Shown one piece after another: positions 34,208-42,779 of a stretch of 64,000 nucleotides of DNA. Source of the stretch: Bdellovibrio sp. GTDB taxonomy: Bacteria > Bdellovibrionota > Bacteriovoracia > Bacteriovoracales > Bacteriovoracaceae. Within the stretch, counting starts at the first letter, position 1. Each line of letters starts with the position of its first letter. Made by a program: the position numbers and the translations under genes. The notes beneath the pieces are model-generated. The model was not told the DNA's origin, did no database searches, and saw nothing but the letters and a program-made list of their open reading frames with translations. The DNA lies in the NCBI GenBank assembly GCA_020720455.1, contig DYOQ01000002.1, positions 23,736 through 87,735 on the forward strand, given 5' to 3'.

Positions 34208-35998
34208 TCAGCTCAATTTCTTAGAATTTTTTAAATTAAGGGCACGAAATGTAACATTTTGCAACGTAGTTGGGCGAACAGGTTTTAAACAGTGAATATC
34301 CATCCCTACACTATAGCATTTTTCAATGCCTTCTTTATAGGCATTGGCCGTTAATGCAATAATGGGAGTTCGACTACCAGACATACTCTCTAGTTCACGA
34401 ATCCGCTTAGTCGTATCGTAACCATCTAACTCTGGCATTAAACAATCCATATAAATCAAATCAAAATTTGTTTTACTGAAAATTTCAATAGCTTCAATTC
34501 CGTTAGACGCTGTAACAATATCGAGAATACCTATCTTATTAAGCATCCTAATAATAATTTTCTGAGTAAAATAATCATCCTCTACGAGTAGCACCTTTTC
34601 TTTGCCACTAATTGATTTTAAAATCAGGCCGTCATTTCCACAATCTATTGCATCTGTTACAAGTTCTACAGTAAAGGATACTGAGTTCTCACCCTCACCA
34701 AGATCATTTGCCCAAATTTTTCCACCTAATGCTTCAATTATTTTTTTAGAAACTTTATAAGAAAAATCTGTTCGCTCTATATCAAGAAATTTAACCCCAG
34801 TATCTTTAATATCAAACTCAATCTTTACGCCGTTAGAATCGAGCTTCAACATTTTAGCACTCAAGATTATATAACCTTCCCTCGTGTGCTTTAGAGAGTT
34901 ACCACATAAAATCATAATAACCTGTTTAATCCTTGTAACATCCCCCATAACATGAAGCGGGATTGAATCATCAATCTCAGTTTTAAACTCTAAAACTCTA
35001 TTCTGGGCCTTAAATTTAAAAATTTTTTCAATCTCTTCAAGCATATCATTAACAGAAAAATTAATTTTATCAATGACGAATCTATTTGTTCCAAGATTAT
35101 CCAAATCTAAAATTAGGTTTATAGAGTGGGCCAAAATATCTACAGAGTCTATAATAGCTCGAATATTTTTTTTATAAGTTTGATTAATATCGCTACCAAG
35201 CATAAACTGGCCTAGTCCAATAATGTTACTTAATGGGGTTCTTATTTCATGGGCCATCCCGGCCAGAAAACTAGATTTTTCAATCATCAAGTTTTCATTC
35301 ACGACCGTCTCGCCAAATATCTTATCTTTTATGAGAAAGATAATAATCATGATTGATGCAAAAATTGTTAAAAGCAAAATACCAAAATGTATTAGCAAGG
35401 AGTCTTTTAAAATTGCAATGCCATTACGAGGATTATTTACTGGGGCAATTACACTTAAGACACCGGCCAAATCGCCTATATTATAGAGAAAGCTAGTATA
35501 AGATCCATTATCGTTATTTGCCCCGTGACACTTTAAACAATATCTCTCAACCCATACTGGAACCGCGTAGCTATAGGCCTCTTTTTTGTTTATCAAAGTC
35601 TTTTCAAAAAACATCGCCGCATCACTGTTTTTTCTAAAATGATTGATCGCTCTTTGTTGTGACTCATTTGCTAAACGCTGCCTACCGACCGGATTATCAG
35701 AAACGTTACTAAAATACAACTCTTTGCTCTGCCACTTTTTTTCAAACTCTTCAAATAAAAAAGAGGTCGCATGCACAGGTGCTCTTTTTTCTTGAACTGA
35801 TGATTCATTAATTAAAACTCGCAAGTTTGCCTTATTCACCGACAACACTAAGTCACTCATGGCCTTAGAAAGTTTTATGTGTTCATGCATTTCATCATTG
35901 CTTAAAGAGGTGTACAGAAGCAACTCAATAAATACAAACAACACAATTGAGATCAGAGAACAAATTACAATAAGACGAGTTTTTACTGAAGTTTTCAT
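34208..35998 (-). CDS. Hybrid sensor histidine kinase with periplasmic CxxCH (DUF3365/Tll0287-like) sensor domain and C-terminal receiver
   Basis: 596 aa. TM1 at aa 8-30. The periplasmic domain contains CLKCH (aa 154-158, nt 35525-35539) followed by GDLAGVLSVIAP. TM2 at aa ~200-223. H-box MAHEIRTPLSN, N-box GNSLKHT. Receiver: VLLVEDD...DLIYMDCLMPELDG...ALTANA...KP. Confidence 0.85.
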   Translation of the reverse strand: MKTSVKTRLIVICSLISIVLFVFIELLLYTSLSNDEMHEHIKLSKAMSDLVLSVNKANLRVLINESSVQEKRAPVHATSFLFEEFEKKWQSKELYFSNVSDNPVGRQRLANESQQRAINHFRKNSDAAMFFEKTLINKKEAYSYAVPVWVERYCLKCHGANNDNGSYTSFLYNIGDLAGVLSVIAPVNNPRNGIAILKDSLLIHFGILLLTIFASIMIIIFLIKDKIFGETVVNENLMIEKSSFLAGMAHEIRTPLSNIIGLGQFMLGSDINQTYKKNIRAIIDSVDILAHSINLILDLDNLGTNRFVIDKINFSVNDMLEEIEKIFKFKAQNRVLEFKTEIDDSIPLHVMGDVTRIKQVIMILCGNSLKHTREGYIILSAKMLKLDSNGVKIEFDIKDTGVKFLDIERTDFSYKVSKKIIEALGGKIWANDLGEGENSVSFTVELVTDAIDCGNDGLILKSISGKEKVLLVEDDYFTQKIIIRMLNKIGILDIVTASNGIEAIEIFSKTNFDLIYMDCLMPELDGYDTTKRIRELESMSGSRTPIIALTANAYKEGIEKCYSVGMDIHCLKPVRPTTLQNVTFRALNLKNSKKLS

Positions 35999-36012
35999 TA
36001 CATCCCTTAGTT

Positions 36013-36759
36013 CTAAAAAACTCTGCTATATGGTGGCAAAATATCTCCCTCTTTAATTTTCATTCCATGAGAAATTTCGCTCGAATGACCTATAGTAACT
36101 CCATTTGGTAATTTTGACAAAGGATAGAGCGTACAATTTCTTCCAATATTACAGTTGTCACCAATTGTAGTTCCTGCAGTAATAGAGCTGTACGCTCCGA
36201 TATTACAATTTTGGCCAATCTTTACCCTCATTAAACAGAGTTTATCTCCAATGAAACTGTGGCCGGAAATAATTACATCTAACCCAAGTATTGCTCCGGC
36301 ACCAATCGATACCATAAATGGATCATTTATTCGCGAATAGACACTCGGGGCCATATTAAAAGATATTTTAGCTCCACACGCTCTTAAAAAAATAGGTCTT
36401 AAAAGAAATGAAGCGAATATAAAATGCCTTACTAGTGGTAACTGCCAAATTTTAGCAAATTGGAAATTTACAAACCAGATGACAACCATTTTATCACCAG
36501 TCTTATACAGTCCTGGTTTTGGCCTTGGAAGCAAGAAACCTACCACACATAATGATAAATAAAACGACAACGCAGAAATTATTAAAAGTAACAACGTATG
36601 TAGTACTGGAAAATTTTCAAGAATCGAGACAAAAGTAAACAGTTTAAAAAAAACAATCGTAATTGCTATCACTATTACCCAAAGAACCCAGTAAATAAAC
36701 TCACCAATCACATACTTTTTTGCATTTTGAGCATTATTATAATTACCAGCAGGCCTCAT
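36013..36759 (-). CDS. Membrane-anchored left-handed beta-helix (hexapeptide-repeat) transferase-like protein, paralogue B
   Basis: 248 aa. Two N-terminal TM helices, LPRPKPGLYK, LRACGAKISF, then hexapeptide turns IGQNCNIGAYSSITAGTTIGDNCNIGRNC. Paralogous to the upstream ORF. Confidence 0.8.
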   Translation of the reverse strand: MRPAGNYNNAQNAKKYVIGEFIYWVLWVIVIAITIVFFKLFTFVSILENFPVLHTLLLLIISALSFYLSLCVVGFLLPRPKPGLYKTGDKMVVIWFVNFQFAKIWQLPLVRHFIFASFLLRPIFLRACGAKISFNMAPSVYSRINDPFMVSIGAGAILGLDVIISGHSFIGDKLCLMRVKIGQNCNIGAYSSITAGTTIGDNCNIGRNCTLYPLSKLPNGVTIGHSSEISHGMKIKEGDILPPYSRVF

Positions 36760-36761
36760 TT

Positions 36762-37493
36762 TTAAACCTCTTTTTCAGAACTATCAGCAACAAGATATTT
36801 TCTGTTTTTACCATACTCATATTCAAAATTTTTAATGATAGTATTCGGCGCAACCGTATCAAACGATAAATTATTATTGCCACCGATTGACACATCATCG
36901 CCTATTGTAGTTTTAGGTCCAATAAGCGTTTTCATTCCAATAAAAACGTTTTTTCCTATCACAATTGGAGCTAATAAAATTTTCTCCCCTTGAAAATTAT
37001 GACACGATATGTGGCAATAGGCACCTATTGAAGAACCCTCACCTATTGTGATCAATGGGTACTCTCTAAACGTCACAAGTGTTGATGAAAAAATCCCGAA
37101 AGCAATTTTTGCGCCCATCGCTCTAAAATAGAGCCACTTCAAAGTTTTATTACTAAAGATCAACATTTTAAGAGATGCTATCTCTAATCCTTGAGCAAGA
37201 GAGTTATTTAGATGCCAAACAATTGCACCTTTACTAACGCCAGGCCGGTAAATTCCTGGTTTCATTTTTGGAAGTACTCGTTGAAATAAAAAACAAATTA
37301 AAATAAACAGTAACGATAAAACTAGTGGTGATATGATCACAGCTAAAAACATTAACCATACGTTTGTAGATAAAATATAAATAAAAGCACCAGCACCAAA
37401 CCAAGCAAGAGCAGCTGGTACTGCCGAATAAAAATAACCGACCATATCTGCAAGTAACAAAAACACTATCGATGGCCGTTTAGATGTACTCAT
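36762..37493 (-). CDS. Membrane-anchored left-handed beta-helix (hexapeptide-repeat) transferase-like protein, paralogue A
   Basis: 243 aa. Two N-terminal TM helices, LPKMKPGIYR, FRAMGAKIAF, then hexapeptide turns IGKNVFIGMKTLIGPKTTIGDDVSIGGNN. ATGA overlap with the SDR gene. Confidence 0.8.
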   Translation of the reverse strand: MSTSKRPSIVFLLLADMVGYFYSAVPAALAWFGAGAFIYILSTNVWLMFLAVIISPLVLSLLFILICFLFQRVLPKMKPGIYRPGVSKGAIVWHLNNSLAQGLEIASLKMLIFSNKTLKWLYFRAMGAKIAFGIFSSTLVTFREYPLITIGEGSSIGAYCHISCHNFQGEKILLAPIVIGKNVFIGMKTLIGPKTTIGDDVSIGGNNNLSFDTVAPNTIIKNFEYEYGKNRKYLVADSSEKEV

Positions 37494-38242
37494 TTCAACA
37501 ACCCTTTGGATCTAATAAGCGGCAACCCTCCACTTACGTTAATACTAGTTCCGCTGATATATGAGTCTTTATCGATAAAAGGCAAAGTTGCTTTTGCTAC
37601 CTGAGTAGCTTCTCCCATCCTCATCGCCGGAATTGGTCTGGAGACTTTTGCTATATAAAAATCTTTCTCCCAAAACCGTTTAGTTCTTTCCGTCTTAATT
37701 ATGCCAGGCCTTAGAATGTTTGAAAAAATATTATACTCACCATAATCAACAGCTAAATTATAAATAATCCCTTCCATCGCCGCTTTTCCAAGGCAGTACA
37801 TTCCGTATCTGCTAGCTCCATTTATCGCTGCTATTGAAGAGATAAACAGTACTCTACCAAAATTTTTATCCTTCATGTGTGGCAATATTTGTTTAAGAAG
37901 CCAGAGATTTCCTTTTACATTGTCCAGTTCCGTTTCCATCTCTTCATTAGAACAATCGTGAAATAGTTGCAAGTTTTCAACTTTGTTCCAAGCATTCAGT
38001 ATCACAACATCTATGCCACTATCTTCAAGCAATGATTGAATCACCTCTTGTGATTCCTCTGCTCTTTCAAGCAAAAAACGAACAACCTTTACTTTCGGTT
38101 CGATATTAAGATAAAGCTTAGTGACATCTAACACACTCTCATCACTTGAAGCTGTGACAATACACGAGTGGCCAATAGCAGAGTATCTTTTTACCATTTC
38201 ATACGCCATATCTGAGCGTCCACCAGTAATTAAAATATTCAT
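37490..38242 (-). CDS. Short-chain dehydrogenase/reductase (FabG-like ketoreductase)
   Basis: 250 aa. N-terminal ILITGG Rossmann start, NAW..., and the catalytic SS...YCLGKAA (S-Y-K) arrangement. Confidence 0.8.
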   Translation of the reverse strand: MNILITGGRSDMAYEMVKRYSAIGHSCIVTASSDESVLDVTKLYLNIEPKVKVVRFLLERAEESQEVIQSLLEDSGIDVVILNAWNKVENLQLFHDCSNEEMETELDNVKGNLWLLKQILPHMKDKNFGRVLFISSIAAINGASRYGMYCLGKAAMEGIIYNLAVDYGEYNIFSNILRPGIIKTERTKRFWEKDFYIAKVSRPIPAMRMGEATQVAKATLPFIDKDSYISGTSINVSGGLPLIRSKGLLK

Positions 38243-38263
38243 AACAACCTCTTTTCTATCCTT

Positions 38264-39220
38264 CTATCTTTTCTTAAATCTTAACATCTTTTTGCTTTCA
38301 AAATAGGTAATACTACTCTTTATCATCTCCTCTATCTCAATTTGGGGGGCATATCCAAAATCACGAAATGCTTTTTCGCTGCTTGCACTATACGAAAGAC
38401 AAAACTCTTTAACCATCTCTCCATTTATTATATCCGAGAAATCTATTTTTCCCAGGTCAACTTCCGTGATATTGGAAATAGATTCACCAGTAATTTTAGC
38501 ATAGCAATCTAAAAACTCTTTTATCTTATAATTATATCCGCCAAGTATATAATTTCCACTAGCACCACTTGATATTGCATCTAACACGCCCCTTGCTACA
38601 TCCGAAGCGGCAACAAAATTTTTGGTATTATTAATATAGCTTGTAAACTTGCCCATTTTAAGCGCGAAAAAAATAGCACCAGATGATGGCCTACTATCAA
38701 ACTCCCCTAACATATAACAAGGATGAATAGTCAAGAGTGGAAGCTGACTATTATTAGACAACCAAAGGTCAGCCTCTTTTTTTGTTCTACCATAAACAGT
38801 CTCTCTCCAAAAACTAGAGCTACATTCATCTATCATAGATGCATAACTGCTACTTCCAAAACAGGCGATACTTGAAATTTGAATAAATTTTTTTACTCCG
38901 CTAGCAAGCGCCCAGTGATAAAGGTTTTTAACACCACTAACATTTACCATCTCCATCATAGAACTATCTTTTTCAAAAGGACTAGCAAAAGCAGCGGCAT
39001 TAATTACGACATCAAACTTTTCTGTAACAAACGTCTCAACATTTGAAAGATCCATTGAGACTGTCGTATAGTTAACATTTTCGACAGTTCCAATATACGT
39101 TTTTGATGATACGTTTCTAGCAGCGCCGACTACTGTAAATCCTCGCGCTAAAGATTCCTTAACCAGATGGGAACCAAGAAGTCCAGAGGCCCCAGTAATT
39201 AAAATTTTCAAATGCCCCAC
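38264..39220 (-). CDS. NAD-dependent epimerase/dehydratase-family (extended SDR) protein
   Basis: 318 aa. ILITGASGLLGSHL and YGRTKKEAD (YxxxK). A TTG at 39211 (MKILITG...) preceded by AGGTGG is an alternative start. Confidence 0.8.
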   Translation of the reverse strand: MGHLKILITGASGLLGSHLVKESLARGFTVVGAARNVSSKTYIGTVENVNYTTVSMDLSNVETFVTEKFDVVINAAAFASPFEKDSSMMEMVNVSGVKNLYHWALASGVKKFIQISSIACFGSSSYASMIDECSSSFWRETVYGRTKKEADLWLSNNSQLPLLTIHPCYMLGEFDSRPSSGAIFFALKMGKFTSYINNTKNFVAASDVARGVLDAISSGASGNYILGGYNYKIKEFLDCYAKITGESISNITEVDLGKIDFSDIINGEMVKEFCLSYSASSEKAFRDFGYAPQIEIEEMIKSSITYFESKKMLRFKKR

Positions 39221-40197
39221 CTAATTGAAACTAACCCTAAATGGTATCCAGCACCCATTGCCATCATTAGAACTCTATCCCCTTTTTTTATCACACCTTT
39301 ATTATACGCATGCGATAGCGAAACTCCAGCGCTAGCGCTAGAAGAGTTTCCAAAAGTTTCAAAATTTATCCACGCCTTTTCTAGTGGTATTCCAAGTCTT
39401 TGGCAAATAACTCTAATCAAATTTCCATTACCCTGATGAAAAATAAAGTGATCATAGTCACTCTTACTCATCCCTTTATTTTTTAGAGTGTTCTCTATTT
39501 CATTAATAAGTTCAACAGTAGTTTTTTCAAAAATTTTACTCCCATCAACCATAGTTATTAGATGGCCACCGCTTGCAAAACTTTCATTAGTTAAAGGAGC
39601 AGCACTCCCGCCACCTGGAATTAAAATCTCATACTCATCACTACCAACAGTCTGAGTAACAATCCACTCGATCTCACCAGGTGGATTGTCACTTCTTTCT
39701 AATTTAATAGCACAAGCAGCATCAGAAAAAAGAAAAACTGTCCGTCTATCTTGAGTATTTAAAAATTTACTTCTTACTTCAGAAGCTATGACTAGCACCT
39801 CACTATCAACAGAAGAGGTCATCAACTTATTATATCCAAGTTCTAATGCAAATATTTGGCCAGCACATGCAGCATTAACATCAGTAGCACTTGATCTACC
39901 AGAAATTCCTAATTTACGTTTTACAATTGAGCTTGTTGATGGTGTTGGAAAATCACCGGAAATTGTAGAAAGATATATTGGGCCACAAAACCCTTCGAGG
40001 TCTAATTGTTTGGCCGCACTTACGGCCAAATCACTTGCGGCCTCGTTGGCGTTTGCCCAACGTCTCTCTTTTATTCCTATGACTTTCTCAACCCAAGCTG
40101 GTTTCATTCTAATATTAAATCGTTCAATCATCTCACTATTGGTTACAACTTGTTCAGGAACGTAGTGTGAAATTCCAGAAATCCAAATTTTACTCAT
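39208..40197 (-). CDS. 3-oxoacyl-ACP synthase III (KAS III/FabH-like), copy 2
   Basis: Start taken at MSKIWISGISHYVPEQ (ATG 40197, 8-nt overlap with the ligase stop); the track ORF extends 22 codons further upstream. Cys-His-Asn triad contexts: NAACAGQ, FHQGN, FGNSSSAS. Confidence 0.85.
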   Translation of the reverse strand: MSKIWISGISHYVPEQVVTNSEMIERFNIRMKPAWVEKVIGIKERRWANANEAASDLAVSAAKQLDLEGFCGPIYLSTISGDFPTPSTSSIVKRKLGISGRSSATDVNAACAGQIFALELGYNKLMTSSVDSEVLVIASEVRSKFLNTQDRRTVFLFSDAACAIKLERSDNPPGEIEWIVTQTVGSDEYEILIPGGGSAAPLTNESFASGGHLITMVDGSKIFEKTTVELINEIENTLKNKGMSKSDYDHFIFHQGNGNLIRVICQRLGIPLEKAWINFETFGNSSSASAGVSLSHAYNKGVIKKGDRVLMMAMGAGYHLGLVSIRWGI

Positions 40198-41521
40198 GTT
40201 TAATCCTTGATAAAAGATCTTGTCTATTAACCTTTCCCAATGAAAAGCGAGGAAATTGCTCAAAACAGTGGATCTCTTTTGGCACCTGATAAATAGTTAA
40301 TTTATGCTTTAAAAAATCATCAAGAAGTTTAACCTCAATCATTCCTTCTACGGCGAGGATTGGATACTCTTCATATTCACTACTTTTCTTTTTAAACACG
40401 ATACAATCAGTGATCAAATCATACTCTTTAACAACATCTTCAATATCTTTTGGATAAACGCTAATTCCACCAACGTTGATTAAATCATCCTCTCTTGAGA
40501 GAAAATTCACGCTCCCACATTCATCTATGCATACCAAATCTCTCGTTAGTAAATAATCATCGACCAACTCGTCTGCGCCAAGATTAATCTTGAGATATGG
40601 AGTTTTAATACAAAGTTTTCCCTCTCCACTTTTTTTAACTACTCCGTTTCTTAGAACTGCAAGCGTTACTCCTGAGATTGATTCACCAATATAACCCGTA
40701 GGCCTATCTCTTTTCCAAACTCCTGTAGTCACCCTTGGCCCAGCTTCAGTGAGGCCATAAGTTGTATAAATCTTTGTCGCAGGAAATAGTTCGGATAACT
40801 TCTCAAGTAAACCAGTGGACGCCATCCCACCTCCGACACTAAAACTCTTTATCCCCTTAATTCCTCCGCTCCTCTCTTTTACTACAAATGAGAGTTGAGC
40901 TGGACTAAGATGTAAAATGCAATCACAAAGCTCTCTTTTTTGCAAGGCCCTTATTCCTAAGAATGCTCGATTAAAATTTAGCCTATTTCCGACTTCAATC
41001 GTTGTAAAAATATACGCGATTATTCCAAATGAATGATAAATTGGTAGCGACTGAATAACTTGGTCTTCACTAGCAATATTTAAACTATCAGCATGTGCCT
41101 TAGCACAAGCTCTTGCATTAACCGCATCAAGTACACATAGCTTGGGAACACTCGTTGTCCCAGATGTTAAAGATCCATAGCAACCAGTGACGCTAGCTTT
41201 AACACTACCGCCAGTAACTTTAAAATTATCAAGAACCACTGGATTTCCACGAGACATCTTAATCTTATCAAATTGAAAATCTGGAAGATCTGTTGGGATA
41301 GCTACTGGAAAATGTCCAGCATCAATGGCCGCCAGAAAAATTAGAGCAAACCTAAATGGGTCTTTATCTCTTAACAAGATCTCACTATTTGAGGCCAACT
41401 CATTAATAATGGAGCTTACCTCTAGAAGAAGTTGCTCTTTAAACTCCTGAGTACAAACACTCTTCTCGACTGAGATCTCTCTTGAAATAAATAGTGAACA
41501 AAGATTACTAGACATTATCAC
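40190..41521 (-). CDS. AMP-dependent synthetase/ligase (adenylate-forming enzyme), short form
   Basis: 443 aa. Core motifs LTSGTTSVPK, YGLTEAGP, TRDLV...REDDLINVGGISVYPKDIE, and the terminal LGKVNR. Alternative ATG start at 41515. Confidence 0.85.
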   Translation of the reverse strand: MIMSSNLCSLFISREISVEKSVCTQEFKEQLLLEVSSIINELASNSEILLRDKDPFRFALIFLAAIDAGHFPVAIPTDLPDFQFDKIKMSRGNPVVLDNFKVTGGSVKASVTGCYGSLTSGTTSVPKLCVLDAVNARACAKAHADSLNIASEDQVIQSLPIYHSFGIIAYIFTTIEVGNRLNFNRAFLGIRALQKRELCDCILHLSPAQLSFVVKERSGGIKGIKSFSVGGGMASTGLLEKLSELFPATKIYTTYGLTEAGPRVTTGVWKRDRPTGYIGESISGVTLAVLRNGVVKKSGEGKLCIKTPYLKINLGADELVDDYLLTRDLVCIDECGSVNFLSREDDLINVGGISVYPKDIEDVVKEYDLITDCIVFKKKSSEYEEYPILAVEGMIEVKLLDDFLKHKLTIYQVPKEIHCFEQFPRFSLGKVNRQDLLSRIKHE

Positions 41522-41760
41522 TCAAGCCTTTCTAAATGCTTTACACAATCATCAATGGTACTCCAATCAGCTATGGCCATCTCGTCTAGCGCTGGATAGG
41601 CTTCTTGAAGTTCATAAACTAAACTCATTAATGCTAAAGAATCAAAGCCAAGATCTGCTTTAAACTCCATCTCTTGACGAATCTCTTTTAGATTAACCTT
41701 TGGATTTAAATCTTCACACTTTTCAATTACTGATAATACTTTTTCAAAGATCATGTTCAT
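41518..41760 (-). CDS. Acyl/peptidyl carrier protein
   Basis: 80 aa from MNMIFEK. Phosphopantetheine attachment motif DLGFDSLALMSL. AAGGTG RBS lies inside the end of the upstream gene. The track ORF carries an 11-codon N-terminal extension, which I discard. Confidence 0.85.
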   Translation of the reverse strand: MNMIFEKVLSVIEKCEDLNPKVNLKEIRQEMEFKADLGFDSLALMSLVYELQEAYPALDEMAIADWSTIDDCVKHLERLE

Positions 41761-41762
41761 AC

Positions 41763-42779
41763 TTACACCTTTTGCATGGCAAGAGCTGCCCAAGAGAGGC
41801 CACCACCAACTGCATGATAAACAATAATATCACCACTATTTATTTTCCTAGTACTCATCCACTGCATATAGTTCAAAAATATTGTAGGACAACCCATATT
41901 ACCAAACTGTTCAAAATTAAGAGCGATCGCCTCATCTGGAATATCAAACTCTTTGGCAAACTGATAATTTTTTGAACCGTCAACTTGATGTGCAATATAG
42001 TGATGAATCTCTCTTCCAGAAATATTAGAGACTCTAAGTAAATCTTCTAACGATTTTTTCCAATAGTGAGCAATCATCTCAGAGGTTCCCCCCTTCTCGC
42101 TAAAATTAAACGTATACTCTAACGGATTATAGCACTTGACATCTACTGGATACTTCCCTGGAACATACATAGATTTCATAAACCGGGCATCTGTACCATG
42201 AACTGCTCCTAAAACTTTAAAATCTTTTGCTGGCTCCACAACAAAGGCAACTGCCCCATCCCCTATCGAAGCTGCCATCTGCAATGTCTCTTTATTGGTA
42301 AATTTTGAAAAAGTCTCACTACAAACAATAATCCCTTTCTTTGCCCCTCTGTTGACCCATTCAAGTGCCTGCATAAGAGCTAGCACTCCTGTCGAACAAC
42401 CAGATTTCAAATCCCAGCAACTTGTATTTTGCAACTCGAGTTCTGAAGCTAAAAATGCACTCTGACATACTGTTGGCATGGGATTAGAAATTCCAGCAAA
42501 AATCATAAACTCGGCATCTGTTACAAGGCCTGGATCACTCTGTATTAACTTAGAGAGGGCACTCTTTGCTAAATCAAGCGAGTCAACACCATCTTTGGCC
42601 CAATACCGATTTTTAATCTTCATCTTCTTCGTAATAAACTCAAGAAGTCGAACATCCGCATTCCCATCTCGGCCATATTTTAAAATATCTTCGTTCTCAA
42701 TAGAGTGCATAGTAGAAAAATCACAGCTTTTAATAGATCTAATGTTAATTCCAAAAAAAAAATTATTTGCATTAAACAT
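41763..42779 (-). CDS. 3-oxoacyl-ACP synthase III (KAS III/FabH-like), copy 1
   Basis: 338 aa. Triad contexts LKSGCSTGVLAL, IAHQVDG, FGNMGCPT. 8-nt overlap with the upstream carboxyltransferase. Confidence 0.85.
   Translation of the reverse strand: MFNANNFFFGINIRSIKSCDFSTMHSIENEDILKYGRDGNADVRLLEFITKKMKIKNRYWAKDGVDSLDLAKSALSKLIQSDPGLVTDAEFMIFAGISNPMPTVCQSAFLASELELQNTSCWDLKSGCSTGVLALMQALEWVNRGAKKGIIVCSETFSKFTNKETLQMAASIGDGAVAFVVEPAKDFKVLGAVHGTDARFMKSMYVPGKYPVDVKCYNPLEYTFNFSEKGGTSEMIAHYWKKSLEDLLRVSNISGREIHHYIAHQVDGSKNYQFAKEFDIPDEAIALNFEQFGNMGCPTIFLNYMQWMSTRKINSGDIIVYHAVGGGLSWAALAMQKV

Noticed and set aside
39788-40165. 125-aa + strand ORF (similarly 43790-44149, 42478-42798, 17052-17402, 47083-47474) inside biosynthetic/housekeeping genes
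   Set aside because: These are antisense to genes with clear catalytic motifs and have low-complexity Ser/Leu/Pro-rich translations.
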